64,000 bases of DNA from Dehalococcoidia bacterium (GTDB lineage Bacteria > Chloroflexota > Dehalococcoidia > UBA6926): contig CAXXET010000006.1 of NCBI GenBank assembly GCA_963666115.2, forward strand, positions 320,001 through 384,000, given 5' to 3'. Below the pieces are notes generated by a model. It was not told the origin of the DNA. It was given only the letters and a program-made list of their open reading frames with translations, and did not search any database. Shown here one piece after another: positions 49,620-60,770 of the stretch. Both the position numbers and the translations under genes were made by a program. Each line of letters begins with the position of its first letter. The first letter of the stretch is position 1.

Positions 49620-50525
49620 TCAGAGCGTCCCCTTATAGTGCCTTCCGAAGCCACTGCCAAAGAGCCGCCTCCACCGGACAATCGAATCCCGAATTGACGG
49701 GCAGGCTAGGGCATCGCTCGCAATTCCCGCGTACCGATTGATGCTCTCTTTGAGAATCTCAAACTGCGCATCATCCCAGTGGCGGTCAAATGTCTCCGAG
49801 CCCAGCACAGGATTCCTGACCTTGGGTTTCCGCTGCTGCCTCTGCAGATAGCTGTCCATCCTCGTCAAGACCGTCGTCAACGTGCTGGCGACTGACCTCA
49901 CGGAGTCTTGCCCACGGTCGTCTGTCTGGATTGCGTTTGCGGCGAGGGTGGTGAGCATGATGGACTTGGCGATGTAGTTGCTCTCGCGGTCTCGCAAGTA
50001 TTTGAGTAGCCGTACTGCGCGCTTCAGGTTGACATTGGTGACCCTGCTCTTCTCATGGAACCAGTTGTGGTAGTGTTTGCCGTCCGTTTCCTCAAACCGG
50101 TTGTCAACACCGTTGCAAACCTTGTGTGTGTCGCCTCGTGTGATTCGCGGGACAACGTCCATGCTGAAATTGTTGGCGAACCTGATTGTGACGCACCTTG
50201 TGCCCAACTCAAGTTTGTCCCTGTAGTTTGGATTCTTGGCTAGCGCCTCGTGGACAGCACCGAGGTAATCCCTGGGTTGCCAACCATCCTGAGGATTCAT
50301 CACGATCTGGACATCGGCATCGTATTCGTCCTCCTCGTGTACGGGCTTGATCAGCGTGTCCAGGCTCAGGGAACCTTGCCGATCTATCTTCTGGAATCCA
50401 TCAAGTTCTCTACGCAGGTGGTTTTTGACACCGTGAATGCCGGAGCGGATCCTGCTGACCCTTTCCATGTTCGGGTTGACTTCGTCCCTCAGGAAGAGCC
50501 TGAATTGTCTAACAAGAGCGGTCAT
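49620..50525 (-). CDS. cGAS/DncV-like nucleotidyltransferase (CD-NTase, SMODS)
   Basis: QGS..T.IKP..EYDAD, RCVTI, MDVVP, VRLLKYLRD, NP. Confidence 0.85.
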   Translation of the reverse strand: MTALVRQFRLFLRDEVNPNMERVSRIRSGIHGVKNHLRRELDGFQKIDRQGSLSLDTLIKPVHEEDEYDADVQIVMNPQDGWQPRDYLGAVHEALAKNPNYRDKLELGTRCVTIRFANNFSMDVVPRITRGDTHKVCNGVDNRFEETDGKHYHNWFHEKSRVTNVNLKRAVRLLKYLRDRESNYIAKSIMLTTLAANAIQTDDRGQDSVRSVASTLTTVLTRMDSYLQRQQRKPKVRNPVLGSETFDRHWDDAQFEILKESINRYAGIASDALACPSIRDSIVRWRRLFGSGFGRHYKGTL

Positions 50526-50541
50526 CGCACCCTCCTCGCGG

Positions 50542-51564
50542 TCATGTCAGCGCCGTGAACTGTGTCGCCGGCTGGGCCAGGAAAGTCTCGATGATGCGAG
50601 TCTCGTTTTCCTTGACGACCTGCCGCGCTTCCGATGGTAGCAGGCTTCTTGCCGCCTCCCAATCGTCCATCTCAATCGGCTCGCGTCCCTCAGGCCGATC
50701 GAGCCTTGTGATGTTGTTCCGGCCGATGAGTAGCCCCGCCTGGTTGACTGCCGTTTCCGATTGCAGGTGCATCTGAAACTCAAACACCCTGCGCCAGTGG
50801 AGCAAGCCGGCGCTCTTTGATTGTCTGTCGCTCATCTCAAACGGCTTTCCGCCGCAGCCGATGCTGAGGATGCGCACATTTTCAGGCTGCGCGTCGAAGC
50901 ATGAGAGAGCCTCCACCAGGGCCGCCAGCGTCGGGTTGTTAGCCCAGATACCTCCATCGAAGTACGTGTAACCGCCTCTGTGGAAGGGAGGGAAATATGT
51001 CGGGGCCGCAGACGTAGCGGCGGCCACCGCTTGCATCGGCGCGTCTCCGTCGAGTGTGTAATCGGGATGATGCGGTGTCTTGTATACCCACACTTCGCCG
51101 TTCCTGCCCTCGGTCGCGGGTACGAGCAGCCGATACTTCGAGTCTCGCAATGCCTTGCCGCCAACCCGTTCTCGGAGAAGCGCGTCCAACGGCTTGCGAT
51201 CATAGCGAGCCCGGAAGAACTGCCGCAACCTGCCTGGAAGGCCTCGCCGGAACTGGGGAAAGACAAGGTAACCCTCGTCCAGGTACATGCGCTCGACTTC
51301 TGTTGCGGTAAGCCCCGCCCCAAGCCCCAATGCAATGATGCCGCCGGTCGACGTTCCTGCTATGAGGTCGAAATAGTCCCCGATGCTCTGCCCGTTGAGA
51401 TAATCCCGCTCCAGAGATGCGAGGATGGTCGCCGGAAAGATACCCCTGATCCCACCGCCGTCAATCGAAAGAATGCGGAAGCGTTGGTCCGCGTTCCATG
51501 GCAGGCGCTTGCGAGGCTCCTGAGCCGTCGAATCTGAACGAGACGGGAGACTGTGAACGTCCAT
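50542..51564 (-). CDS. Patatin-like phospholipase (CBASS CapV-like effector)
   Basis: DGGGIRG, GTSTG, SAAPTYF, DGGIWANNP; start 51564 or 51579. Confidence 0.88.
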   Translation of the reverse strand: MDVHSLPSRSDSTAQEPRKRLPWNADQRFRILSIDGGGIRGIFPATILASLERDYLNGQSIGDYFDLIAGTSTGGIIALGLGAGLTATEVERMYLDEGYLVFPQFRRGLPGRLRQFFRARYDRKPLDALLRERVGGKALRDSKYRLLVPATEGRNGEVWVYKTPHHPDYTLDGDAPMQAVAAATSAAPTYFPPFHRGGYTYFDGGIWANNPTLAALVEALSCFDAQPENVRILSIGCGGKPFEMSDRQSKSAGLLHWRRVFEFQMHLQSETAVNQAGLLIGRNNITRLDRPEGREPIEMDDWEAARSLLPSEARQVVKENETRIIETFLAQPATQFTALT

Positions 51565-51583
51565 GCCAGTCCAATCCAAAAAA

Positions 51584-51656
51584 TACCCCTGGGCGGACTC
51601 GAACCGCCGACACTCGGTTTAGGAAACCGATGCTCTGTCCTCTGAGCTACAGGGGC
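51584..51656 (-). tRNA. tRNA-Arg(CCT)
   Basis: GCCCCTG/CAGGGGT acceptor stem, TCGGT-TTCCTAA-ACCGA anticodon arm, GGTTCGA; no encoded CCA. Confidence 0.95.
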
Positions 51657-51713
51657 ACGTGTTCGATCTGGGAGGCTGCGCGACGCAAAAATCGCTGTGC
51701 ATGCCAGGCGATT

Positions 51714-52832
51714 CTAGGTGCGGGCTGCTGCCAGTCCTGCGGCGGCCCGCGCCTTGCTCTCCGCCGCCTTCAGCAGCGCGTCATACGCCTTGATGAAGGC
51801 ATCCACGCCCTCATCCAGCAATTCGGCGTGGACCTTTTGGAAATCTACGCCTTGGGCGGCGATGTCCGAGAGAACCTTCGCAGAACCCGCAGGATCGTCC
51901 CCAATTGTCGAACGCACGGCGCTCACGCTGCGGAATGAGTCCACCGTCGCCGGGGGCATCGTATTGACCGTATTGGGTCCGATAAGCTCATCGACGTACA
52001 GCGTCGCGGTGTAGGCGGGGTTCTTCGTGCTCGTGCTTGCCCACAGCAGCTGCTGGGGACGCGCCCCGCGCGCCGCCTGCGCCCGGAACTCCGGCTCCTC
52101 CGCAAGCCGCAGCGAGAGTTGGAACGCCTGCCGCGCATTCGCCACCGCCGCCTTGCCGCGCAGCGCCAGGGCCTCGTCCGTCCCAATCCCGTCCAGCAGA
52201 GCGTCCACCTTGGAGTCCACGCGGCTCACGAAGAACGATGAGACGGATGCCGCATGTGTCGGGTCTGCCAGCCGGGCAACGCCGCGCGTATAGGCCCGTG
52301 CCGCCGCCTCGTACTGCTCCAGCGAGAACATCAGCGTCACGTTGACGTTCACGCCCTGCGCGATGAGTTCCTCCACCGCGGGAAAACCCTGCGGCGCGGC
52401 GGGAACCTTGATCATCAGGTTCGGGCGGTTCACCTCGCCCCACAGCCGCAGCCCGTCGCTGATCGTCCCCTGCGTGTCGTACGCCAGGTGCGGCGACACT
52501 TCAAGGGAAACAAACCCGTCCGCGCCGCCGGATGCGTCGTAGACGGGGCGCAGCACGTCTGCCGCATCGCGAATATCGCGGATGCCCACGTGCTCGAACA
52601 GGTCTTTGGCGGTGCTGCCGGGATTCGCGGCCATGTACGATGACAGGGCGTCGTCGTATGACGCGCTGCCCGTGACGGCCTTTTCGAAGATGCTCGGGTT
52701 GCTCGTCACGCCGCGCAGCCCGTCCTCATCGACAAGCCGCTTCAGCCCGCCCGTATCGATCAGGTCCCTGTCGATATAGTCGAGCCAGAAAGACTGTCCC
52801 AGATTGCGGAGGTCTTGCAGCGGATTAGACAT
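51714..52832 (-). CDS. tal: Transaldolase
   Basis: [45 protein letters not shown]. Confidence 0.95.
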   Translation of the reverse strand: MSNPLQDLRNLGQSFWLDYIDRDLIDTGGLKRLVDEDGLRGVTSNPSIFEKAVTGSASYDDALSSYMAANPGSTAKDLFEHVGIRDIRDAADVLRPVYDASGGADGFVSLEVSPHLAYDTQGTISDGLRLWGEVNRPNLMIKVPAAPQGFPAVEELIAQGVNVNVTLMFSLEQYEAAARAYTRGVARLADPTHAASVSSFFVSRVDSKVDALLDGIGTDEALALRGKAAVANARQAFQLSLRLAEEPEFRAQAARGARPQQLLWASTSTKNPAYTATLYVDELIGPNTVNTMPPATVDSFRSVSAVRSTIGDDPAGSAKVLSDIAAQGVDFQKVHAELLDEGVDAFIKAYDALLKAAESKARAAAGLAAART

Positions 52833-52895
52833 GTCTCGTCACCTCTCCTGATTGCCAGCCCAACGTGTCCACCATCCGCCGATTTGCCCTCGTAG

Positions 52896-54092
52896 TCAAG
52901 CGACGGCAACCCTGGCCGGACGGCGCGCCAATGCGCGGCGGTACACGTCGAGAACCTCGTCGGCCACCACGCCCCAATGGTAGCGGGTGACGGTCTCGGA
53001 GCCGGCGGCGGCGATGGCACCCCGCAGTTCCGCGTCTCGCAGCAGCCGCATCAGCGTTGCGGCGAACCCCTCCTCATTGCGCGGATCGGCCAATAGGCCG
53101 TTGTGCTCATTCGAGATGACCGACCTGTGCCCCGCAATATCGGACGCAACGACGGCCCTGCCCGCCGCCATCGCCTGGATGAGCACGATGCCCATGCTTT
53201 CGTTCCCCAACGCCGGGCTGCAAAAGATGTCCGCCGTCCGGTAGTAGCGCGGCAGGTCCTCATCCGAGGCGTAGCCGATGAAATGCACGTCCTCAAGCCC
53301 ACGCTCGCCGATGACCCGCGCGCTCTCCCTGTCCATGTTCCCCGGCCCGACAACAAGCAGCCGGCAGTTGGGGAACTGCCACCGTATCTGCCCATAGGCC
53401 CGGAGCATGTGCGGAAACCCCTTCCGCTTCTCCATCCGCCCCTGGAACAGGATGTTCAGCTTGCCGTCCTGGTACGTCTGGAACGGCTCCGCCCCGGCGA
53501 AGGCTCCCATGTCCACCCCGTTCGGGATGATCGTGTAGTCGCCGGGGAAATAGCGGTTGGCGAATTCTCTCGCCGGTTCGGTCACCGCAATGCGCTCATC
53601 CAGCCTTTGCACCCACCGCTGCAAAAGCGGGCGCGAAAGCCCCAGGGCGCGCCGCCGCTCCGCGTAGGCGTGGAACGTGCCCACCAGCGCCGGGCCGGAT
53701 GCAAGGCGCAAGAACGTCAGCGGCAGGGTAGGGGTCATCGGCTCGTGCAGATGCACCACGTCGAAATTCCCGCGTTCCAACAGGGGGCGCACGTGCTTGC
53801 CCAGCGTCAGCGACACCGTGACTCTTGCGATGGAGCCCGCCGTCGGAACGGGAATGGGGCGTCCGATGATGGCGAGGTTGTCCGCGTCCACGTCGTCGAG
53901 CGGTTTGGATGAGGGCGCGACGATGGTAACCTCGTGTCCGCGTCGGCGCAGTTCGTCGCTCAGGCCGGAGATATGATTCGTCACCCCGCCCGGGTAGGCG
54001 AAATCGTAGGGGGAGACGATGGCAATGCGGAGTGGCCGCGACCAATCGGCCGCGGCCACGTCCAACGTTTCGCGTTCAGCTATGGCGCTCAT
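52896..54092 (-). CDS. GT4 glycosyltransferase, PimA-like
   Basis: VSPYD..PGGV..H, HLHEP, GTFH, RKG, ESMGIVL. Confidence 0.85.
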   Translation of the reverse strand: MSAIAERETLDVAAADWSRPLRIAIVSPYDFAYPGGVTNHISGLSDELRRRGHEVTIVAPSSKPLDDVDADNLAIIGRPIPVPTAGSIARVTVSLTLGKHVRPLLERGNFDVVHLHEPMTPTLPLTFLRLASGPALVGTFHAYAERRRALGLSRPLLQRWVQRLDERIAVTEPAREFANRYFPGDYTIIPNGVDMGAFAGAEPFQTYQDGKLNILFQGRMEKRKGFPHMLRAYGQIRWQFPNCRLLVVGPGNMDRESARVIGERGLEDVHFIGYASDEDLPRYYRTADIFCSPALGNESMGIVLIQAMAAGRAVVASDIAGHRSVISNEHNGLLADPRNEEGFAATLMRLLRDAELRGAIAAAGSETVTRYHWGVVADEVLDVYRRALARRPARVAVA

Positions 54093-54160
54093 CAGTGTGA
54101 CCGTCGCTTAATGCTAACACGACAGCCCTACCGGCGATGCGCCGTGCAGATTGCGGCTCC

Positions 54161-55294
54161 CTAGAGCACCGCCTCCCGGTCCAGCCTGACCTCGATGTGC
54201 GGCAGCGTATCGTCCGGCCCGCCCTCATTGGCGATGAACTGCTCAAGGCGGTTGCGCGCCTCCTCATCCCGCATTTGCAAAGGCGGAGACTTCATGAAGT
54301 AGGACGACGGCGGGACAAGCGCGCCGCTGATGCCGCGATCCAGCGCGATCTTCGCGCAGCGGATGGCGTCGATGACGACGCCGGCGGAGTTCGGGCTGTC
54401 CCACACTTCGAGCTTCAGCTCAAGATTCAAGGGCACGTCGCCAAACGTGCGCCCCTCCATGCGAATGTACGCCCATTTGCGGTCCAGCAGCCACGGCACG
54501 TAGTCGCTCGGCCCAACGTGGATGTTGTCCGGGTCCAGGTCGAAGTCCAACTGCGAGAGCACGGAATTGGTCTTGGACTCCTTCTTGGACGTCAGCCGCT
54601 CCCACTCCAACATGTTGTAGAAGTCCGTGTTGCCGCCGAAGTTCAACTGGTACGTGTTCTCCAGCTTGACGGCGCGGTCTCCGAACAGCCGCGACAGCAC
54701 GCGGTGAACGATGGTCGAGCCGACCTGCGACTTGATGTCGTCGCCGATCACCGGCAGGCCCGCGTCGCGGAACCTCTTCTGCCAGTACGGCTCCCGCGCA
54801 ATGAACACCGGCACGCAGTTGATGACGGCAACGCCGGCCGCGAGCGCCTGCTCCACGTACCACTTCGTCGCCATCTCGCTGCCCACGGGCAGGTAGCTGA
54901 TCAGGACATCGACCTCGCGCTCCTTGAGGATGTTGAGGATGTCCGCCGTCTGCCCTGTGGCCTTGTCGATCTTCTGTGAGAGAAACTCGCCGAGACCGTC
55001 GTGCGTCATGCCGCGCTCGACAGTCACGCCCGTGCGCGGCACGTCCGTGAACTTATACGTGTTGTTGGGCTCGGCGAAGATCGCCTCGGAGAGATCGGCG
55101 CCCACCTTCGTCGCGCCCACGTCGAACGCCGCCACGAAATTGATGTCCGATATGTGATACGGACCGAGCCGGGGGTGCATCAAGCCCGGGATCGACTCGG
55201 AATCGGACGCGTGCTGATAGTAGTGGATGCCCTGAACCAGGGAGGACGCGCAGTTGCCGACCCCCACGATTGCCACATTGATCTGGTCTCCCAT
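54161..55294 (-). CDS. ino1: Myo-inositol-1-phosphate synthase
   Basis: [39 protein letters not shown]. Confidence 0.95.
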   Translation of the reverse strand: MGDQINVAIVGVGNCASSLVQGIHYYQHASDSESIPGLMHPRLGPYHISDINFVAAFDVGATKVGADLSEAIFAEPNNTYKFTDVPRTGVTVERGMTHDGLGEFLSQKIDKATGQTADILNILKEREVDVLISYLPVGSEMATKWYVEQALAAGVAVINCVPVFIAREPYWQKRFRDAGLPVIGDDIKSQVGSTIVHRVLSRLFGDRAVKLENTYQLNFGGNTDFYNMLEWERLTSKKESKTNSVLSQLDFDLDPDNIHVGPSDYVPWLLDRKWAYIRMEGRTFGDVPLNLELKLEVWDSPNSAGVVIDAIRCAKIALDRGISGALVPPSSYFMKSPPLQMRDEEARNRLEQFIANEGGPDDTLPHIEVRLDREAVL

Positions 55295-55549
55295 AAAAAC
55301 CTCCTAGGTCTGCGCAAGGAATCAAGTAACCACATACAGCGCCCCGCGTCAAATCGCCCAGGCGACCCCTATCTGATTCCCCCGCTTCTTGTCGGTTGTG
55401 GCGTTTCACCGGCCAGCGACCACATACCAACGGCGGTCCCGCCCCCACAGGAGGCCCGCATAGCAACTTAGGACAATCCCCGCGCCCTGTTGGAAATCCT
55501 GACGATGCGGCTAAACCAAGCCGCTTGATGCTGTCAGGCGGAAAGTACC

Positions 55550-55747
55550 CTACTTCTCTTCTTCCATCCCCGACTCACGCAGCTTGTTGGCCTCCGCGTC
55601 GCTCAGAATGCGGAACACGGAAGCGCTGGGATCCTCGTCGGCCACGCCGCGAACGGCGGGGCGCCCGTTCTTCAGCGTCACCAGCTTGGGGTTGCGGATC
55701 ACGACAGACTTCCGGAGCTTTAGTGAGTACGCGGTCAGCTCTTCCAT
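55550..55747 (-). CDS. Small DUF5679-like protein
   Basis: AY.LK.R....NP..VTLKNGRPA.RG pattern; AGGGAG RBS. Confidence 0.65.
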   Translation of the reverse strand: MEELTAYSLKLRKSVVIRNPKLVTLKNGRPAVRGVADEDPSASVFRILSDAEANKLRESGMEEEK

Positions 55748-55826
55748 GACAATCTCCCTTGCGTAAGACGTAATGAACTGACTCTAGGGTTGACAGTACG
55801 CTCATGTCAAGATGCTAACGCGCCCT

Positions 55827-56777
55827 TTACGGGCTATTCGCCCCGAATACGGTATGAGGGTGCCACCTGCCGGAGCCCGTGCGCCGCAGCAGCGCAAGCA
55901 GGGAGCCGTCCGGCGCCAACGCCGCGGCGTTCCCCGCCTCAGGCCCCGGGCAGAAGACGGCATCGGATTCCCCCGGCACGCTCACCCAGTCCCCGGACGC
56001 GGGCGCAAGGTCCATGCCGGAGCGCACCCGCCCTGTGAAACCGGAGCGCACCTGTATGGCGGGCCACCCCGGAAACACGGACGCCAGTGGCGCGACCGCT
56101 CCCGCTGCCCCGTCTCCCGCCAGTGCCTCTTCCGCTTCCTCCAGCCCCAGCGAATTGTGTTCCGTGAACGGCCCCACCCGAACGCGCTGCAGGCCGTCCA
56201 GCACCCCGCCGCATCCCAGTCGCTCGCCAATGTCCGCGGCCAGCGACCGCACGTACATCCCGCGTCCGCACGCCACAGAGAGGCGGACGCGGGGCAGGGC
56301 AAACGACTGCGCGTCGATCCCGTACACCGTCACCGCCCTCGGCTCGCGCTGAACCTCCTCGCCGCGCCGCGCAATCTCATAGAGCCGCTCTCCCTGGTGC
56401 TTCAGCGCGCTGTACATTGGCGGCACCTGCCGGATTTCACCGATGAACTCCGGGATCACCTGCCGGACGTCGTCTTCCGTCACGCCCTCCGTCGTTCTCG
56501 TCTCCAGCACCGTGCCGTCCATGTCCAGCGTGTCCGTGACCGTGCCGAGCAGCACCTCTGCCTCATACCCCTTGGCCAGTTCCTCGATGCGGCTGCTGAG
56601 GCGCGTCGCCTGCCCGAAGAGAATCGGCAGCACGCCCTCCGCCGCAGGGTCCAACGTCCCCCCGTGCCCCACGCGCTTCACCCGGCTCGCCCGCCGCAGC
56701 CGCTTGACCACGTCGAACGACGTCATCCCGCGAGGCTTCCAGATTGAGACAAAGCCGTTCAGATTAGCGTTCGCCAC
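55827..56777 (-). CDS. truB: tRNA pseudouridine(55) synthase
   Basis: KPxGMTS, GHGGTLDP, QVPPMYSALK, GMYVRSL. Confidence 0.96.
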   Translation of the reverse strand: MANANLNGFVSIWKPRGMTSFDVVKRLRRASRVKRVGHGGTLDPAAEGVLPILFGQATRLSSRIEELAKGYEAEVLLGTVTDTLDMDGTVLETRTTEGVTEDDVRQVIPEFIGEIRQVPPMYSALKHQGERLYEIARRGEEVQREPRAVTVYGIDAQSFALPRVRLSVACGRGMYVRSLAADIGERLGCGGVLDGLQRVRVGPFTEHNSLGLEEAEEALAGDGAAGAVAPLASVFPGWPAIQVRSGFTGRVRSGMDLAPASGDWVSVPGESDAVFCPGPEAGNAAALAPDGSLLALLRRTGSGRWHPHTVFGANSP

Positions 56778-56804
56778 GACTCTCCCCGCTCGCCGGCTTG
56801 AGGG

Positions 56805-58580
56805 TTAGTAGGACGGCCGCTCCTGCTGCACGTACGTCATGATGATATCGCCCTCTTCGAAGTCCGAGAATCCCTCGATGCCGATGCCGCACTCCTGGCC
56901 CGCGTTCACTTCGCGCGCCTCATCACGGTACCGGCGCAGGCTGGCGATGGGAGCGTCCGTGATGACCTCCCCGTCGCGCAGAACCCGCGCCAGCGACGTG
57001 CGGCGCACCCGCCCGTCCATGACGACGCACCCTGCCACGCGCCCCCCCCGGATATCGAAGACCTGCCGAACCTCCGCCCGTCCCTCTTCAACCTCGTGCA
57101 GCAGCGGCGCAGCCAGTCCGCGCAGCGCGTTATCGAGATCGTCCAGCAGTTGGTAGATGATGGCGTAGTTCCGGATCTCCACCCTGCGTGAATCGGCGAG
57201 GCGGCGAGCCGCCGTTTCGATGCGCGAGTTGAACCCAAGGATCGTCGCGTCCGACGCGGTCGCCAGCAGCACGTCGCCTTCCGTAATCGACCCGACGTCC
57301 GTGTGCAAAATCTTGCTGCGCGTCATCTCGTTGCCCAACCGCGATATCGAACTCCGCAGCGCCTCCAGGCTGCCCTGCGTGTCCGCCTTGATGATCAGGT
57401 TCAGGTCGCGCACGTCCCCGCTGCCGATCTGTGAGGCGTACTGCTCGAGGCTTGAGGGCTGGCGCCGGTCTGCGGTCTCCGCTGCGTCGGCCCGTTGTGT
57501 AGCCGCCGCCCGCGCCTCTTGGTCGGACCTGGCAATCTCCAGCACGTCCCCGGCCCGCGGCACGTCGGTCAGGCCGAGGATTTCCACGGGCATCGACGGC
57601 CCCGCCTCCGCTAGACGCTTGCCGCGAAAGTCCGTCATCGCCCGGACCCGCCCCCACGTCGCCCCCACCAGCACGGTCATCCCCGTCCGCAGCGTTCCCG
57701 ACTGCACCAGGACGGTGGCGACCGGGCCGCGGTTCTGATCCAGCCGCGCCTCGATCACCGTTGCGCGCGCCGAAACCTCGGGATCGGCGCTCAACTCAGA
57801 GATTTCCGCCACGAGCTGCAGGGATTCCAGCAGGTCCTCCAGGCCGTCGCCCGTTCGCGCGGAGACCGGCACGCTCAGCACGTCGCCGCCCCAGTCTTCC
57901 ACCAGCACTTCCTGTTCGGACAACTGGCGCTTCACGCGCTCCGGATCGGCGGCCGGCACGTCCATCTTGTTGATCGCCACGATGATCGGCACGTCCGCCG
58001 CCTTCACGTGGTTGATCGCCTCGATCGTTTGCGGCATCACGCCGTCGTCCGCCGCCACCACCAGCACGGCGATATCCGTGACGTTCGCCCCGCGCGCCCG
58101 CAGCGTCGTGAACGCCTCGTGCCCCGGTGTATCAAGAAAAGTGATGGGCGCGCCGTGGACATCCACCTGGTACGCGCCGATGTGCTGCGTGATGCCCCCC
58201 GCCTCCCCGTCCGCCACGTTGGTCTCACGCACGGCGTCCAGGATGCTCGTCTTCCCGTGGTCGACATGACCGAGAACTGTCACGACGGGCGGGCGCGGCT
58301 GCGCGTTCTCCGTCTTTTCCGCGTCTGCCATCCGCTCGCCCAGCGCGGCGTCCGCGTCCTCCGCCTCCTTGACGTCAAACCCGTAGAACTTTGCGATTGG
58401 TGTCGCGATGTCGGCGTCGATGGCATCGTTCAGGCCCGCCATCACGCCCATGCGCATCAGGTTCTTGATGACCTCAACGGGATTCGCGCCAACCTGCTCT
58501 GCCAGTTCGCCCACGGTGATACCGCGGGACAACTCCAGCACCCGCTCCTCGGATTCCGCTGTCCGTCCCTGTGTTGTCAT
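56805..58580 (-). CDS. infB: Translation initiation factor IF-2
   Basis: [30 protein letters not shown]. Confidence 0.97.
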   Translation of the reverse strand: MTTQGRTAESEERVLELSRGITVGELAEQVGANPVEVIKNLMRMGVMAGLNDAIDADIATPIAKFYGFDVKEAEDADAALGERMADAEKTENAQPRPPVVTVLGHVDHGKTSILDAVRETNVADGEAGGITQHIGAYQVDVHGAPITFLDTPGHEAFTTLRARGANVTDIAVLVVAADDGVMPQTIEAINHVKAADVPIIVAINKMDVPAADPERVKRQLSEQEVLVEDWGGDVLSVPVSARTGDGLEDLLESLQLVAEISELSADPEVSARATVIEARLDQNRGPVATVLVQSGTLRTGMTVLVGATWGRVRAMTDFRGKRLAEAGPSMPVEILGLTDVPRAGDVLEIARSDQEARAAATQRADAAETADRRQPSSLEQYASQIGSGDVRDLNLIIKADTQGSLEALRSSISRLGNEMTRSKILHTDVGSITEGDVLLATASDATILGFNSRIETAARRLADSRRVEIRNYAIIYQLLDDLDNALRGLAAPLLHEVEEGRAEVRQVFDIRGGRVAGCVVMDGRVRRTSLARVLRDGEVITDAPIASLRRYRDEAREVNAGQECGIGIEGFSDFEEGDIIMTYVQQERPSY

Positions 58581-58921
58581 GGCGAGACCCCCTCGCCGCC
58601 CGCGCGGCTCAGGATCACCGCCTGCCCCTCGCGGCGCAGGCGGTCGCGGTCATCCGACGATAGGGGAGCGCTGAGCAGAAGCCGCTTTTCAAGATAGGAG
58701 CCGCGCAGTCCGCGCTCCCAGCATGTGTCCTCTAAGCAGAGATACGCCCCGCGCCCTGAGAGCTTGCCGGAGCCGTCGACGGAGACCCTGCCTGAGGTAT
58801 CGCGAACAACCCGCACGAGCTCGTGTTTTGCCCGTGTCTGTCGGCAGGCGATGCACGTCCGCTGTGGTTTGCGCCGCGCCTCTGTGCCTTGTCGTCGTCG
58901 CTCTCTCGTTGCTGCCGTCAC
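58577..58921 (-). CDS. ylxR: YlxR family protein
   Basis: PQRTCIACR, LVRVVR, GRGAYLC. Confidence 0.92.
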   Translation of the reverse strand: MTAATRERRRQGTEARRKPQRTCIACRQTRAKHELVRVVRDTSGRVSVDGSGKLSGRGAYLCLEDTCWERGLRGSYLEKRLLLSAPLSSDDRDRLRREGQAVILSRAGGEGVSP

Positions 58922-58923
58922 GT

Positions 58924-60564
58924 CTAGCGGTTGCCGCCTCTCCTCCCGCCGCGCCGCTCGTCTCGGCCACCGCGGAAACGCCCGCCGCGTTCCGGGAAAA
59001 TATCCTCGGCGAATCGAATGCCGCCGCTCGTCTCGCCCTGCCGCTCTGACTGGTACTCCTGCAAGAACGCATCGAAGTCGAACCGCGCCGATTCCTCGTC
59101 GCCCTCTTCGGCCTCGTCGCCGTCGGCTTCCTCCTCCACAGGCTCGCCCTCTGCTTCTTCAAGGGCGCGCAGCAGCGCCTCTTCCTCTTCCTGCAGCTTG
59201 CGGAGCTCGTCTTCGATTTCCTCTTCGGTCTGAGCAGTCTCGGGAGCCGTCGCCTCGATGGTCGCCGCCTCATCGGTGGCCTCGGCCTCAACGGTGGCGA
59301 CGGCCTCCGGCGCTTCGACAGCCTCAACCTCTTGCTCGGCGGCCTCAACTGGCTCAACTGTTGCCACGGCCTCCTCGACGGGCAGCGCCTCCGCTGCCGC
59401 CCCGGTCTCAGCCTCTTCGGCCACGCTCACGGCCTCCGCGACGATGGCCTCAACCTCCGCCTCGTCCGTTTCAACGGCCTGCTCTGCGACGGCGGCGTGC
59501 TCCGGCCCGCGGGCCGTGCGTTCAGCCTCCTCCGCCAACACCTCAGACGTGCTGCGGATGTCGATTCTCCAGCCGGTCAGCCGCGCCGCCAGCCGCGCGT
59601 TCAGCCCCTCCCGCCCAATGGCGAGCGATAGCTGCTGCTCAGGCACCACCACGAGCGCCGAGCGGTCGCCGGTGATCTCCACGCGCGATGTCTGCGCCGG
59701 ACTCAGCGCGTGGCCGATGTACACGGACGGGTCCTCATTCCACGGGATGACGTCGATCTTCTCGCCGTGCAGCTCGTTGACGATGTTCTGGATGCGAACG
59801 CCCCGCAAGCCCACGCATGAGCCAACGGGATCGACGCCCTCCTGCCGCGCCTCCACGGCCACCTTGGAGCGGTAGCCCGGCTCGCGCGCGACGTTCCTGA
59901 TGACGACCGTCCCGCTCATGATCTCCGGCACTTCCAGTTCAAATAGGCGGCGAATCAAATCCCGGTGGGCGCGCGAGACCAGGATTCGCGGGCCGCGAAT
60001 ACCTTTCTCCACTTCCTGGATGAGCACGCGGATGCGCTGCCGCGCATAGTACTGCTCGCTCGGCACCTGCTCCGTATGCAGGAGAACCGCCTCCGTGCGG
60101 CCCAGTCCGATGACGACCTGTCCCTGCTCAACCTTCTGCACCACGCCCGTCATCAACTCGTTGATCCGGCCCGCGTACTCGTCGTACACCTGGTCGCGCT
60201 CCGCCTCGCGCAGACGCTGCATGACCACCTGCTTCGCGGTCTGGGCGGCGATGCGCCCCGCGTCCTCCGGGCTCTCCTCAACGGAAATCGTGTCGCCGAT
60301 GTTGACGCCCGGCTTGATGACGCGGGCCTCTTCGAGCGTGATCTCGTCGTTGGGTTGGGTGACTGTCTCGACGACGGCCTTGTTGACGGTGACGATGATC
60401 TCGCCGGTTGTGGGCAGTATCTGGACGTCGATGTCATCCGTCTCGGCGCCATCGCGCTTGTACGCCGATCTCACCGCGTCCTCGATGGCTTCGAGGACGA
60501 CGTCGCGCGGCAGCCGGCGTTCCGTCGCCAACTGCGTGACCGCGAGCAGGAAATCGCTCTTCAT
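58924..60564 (-). CDS. nusA: Transcription factor NusA with acidic C-terminal extension
   Basis: GRIAAQTAKQV, AREPGxRSK, LAIGREGxNARLA; start MKSDF at 60564. Confidence 0.96.
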   Translation of the reverse strand: MKSDFLLAVTQLATERRLPRDVVLEAIEDAVRSAYKRDGAETDDIDVQILPTTGEIIVTVNKAVVETVTQPNDEITLEEARVIKPGVNIGDTISVEESPEDAGRIAAQTAKQVVMQRLREAERDQVYDEYAGRINELMTGVVQKVEQGQVVIGLGRTEAVLLHTEQVPSEQYYARQRIRVLIQEVEKGIRGPRILVSRAHRDLIRRLFELEVPEIMSGTVVIRNVAREPGYRSKVAVEARQEGVDPVGSCVGLRGVRIQNIVNELHGEKIDVIPWNEDPSVYIGHALSPAQTSRVEITGDRSALVVVPEQQLSLAIGREGLNARLAARLTGWRIDIRSTSEVLAEEAERTARGPEHAAVAEQAVETDEAEVEAIVAEAVSVAEEAETGAAAEALPVEEAVATVEPVEAAEQEVEAVEAPEAVATVEAEATDEAATIEATAPETAQTEEEIEDELRKLQEEEEALLRALEEAEGEPVEEEADGDEAEEGDEESARFDFDAFLQEYQSERQGETSGGIRFAEDIFPERGGRFRGGRDERRGGRRGGNR

Positions 60565-60612
60565 ACGCCCCTCATTTCCGCTGCCAAACACTCCCCCGCA
60601 ACAAGAGCCGCT

Positions 60613-60644
60613 AATAAAAAAAGTGGGATTGGCGCCCCACCTTT
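60613..60644 (-). terminator. Terminator-like hairpin in the nusA leader
   Basis: Minus strand GGTGGGG-cgcca-ATCCCAC followed by TTTTTTTATT. Confidence 0.6.
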
Positions 60645-60770
60645 CATACGCGCGGTTCTCGTTGCCTTCTGCCCCAAAGTGTACCATCCGAACCCCCGCG
60701 CGGCAATTCCAAAACCCCCGCCGCCCCTCCGAATCCCCCGCGTAGGCGGAGGCCACCCGCACCTCCGTTT

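Noticed and set aside
60565-60762. N-terminal extension of NusA in the ORF track
   Set aside because: Covers leader and terminator sequence; MKSDF start has a GAGGG RBS and matches NusA N-termini
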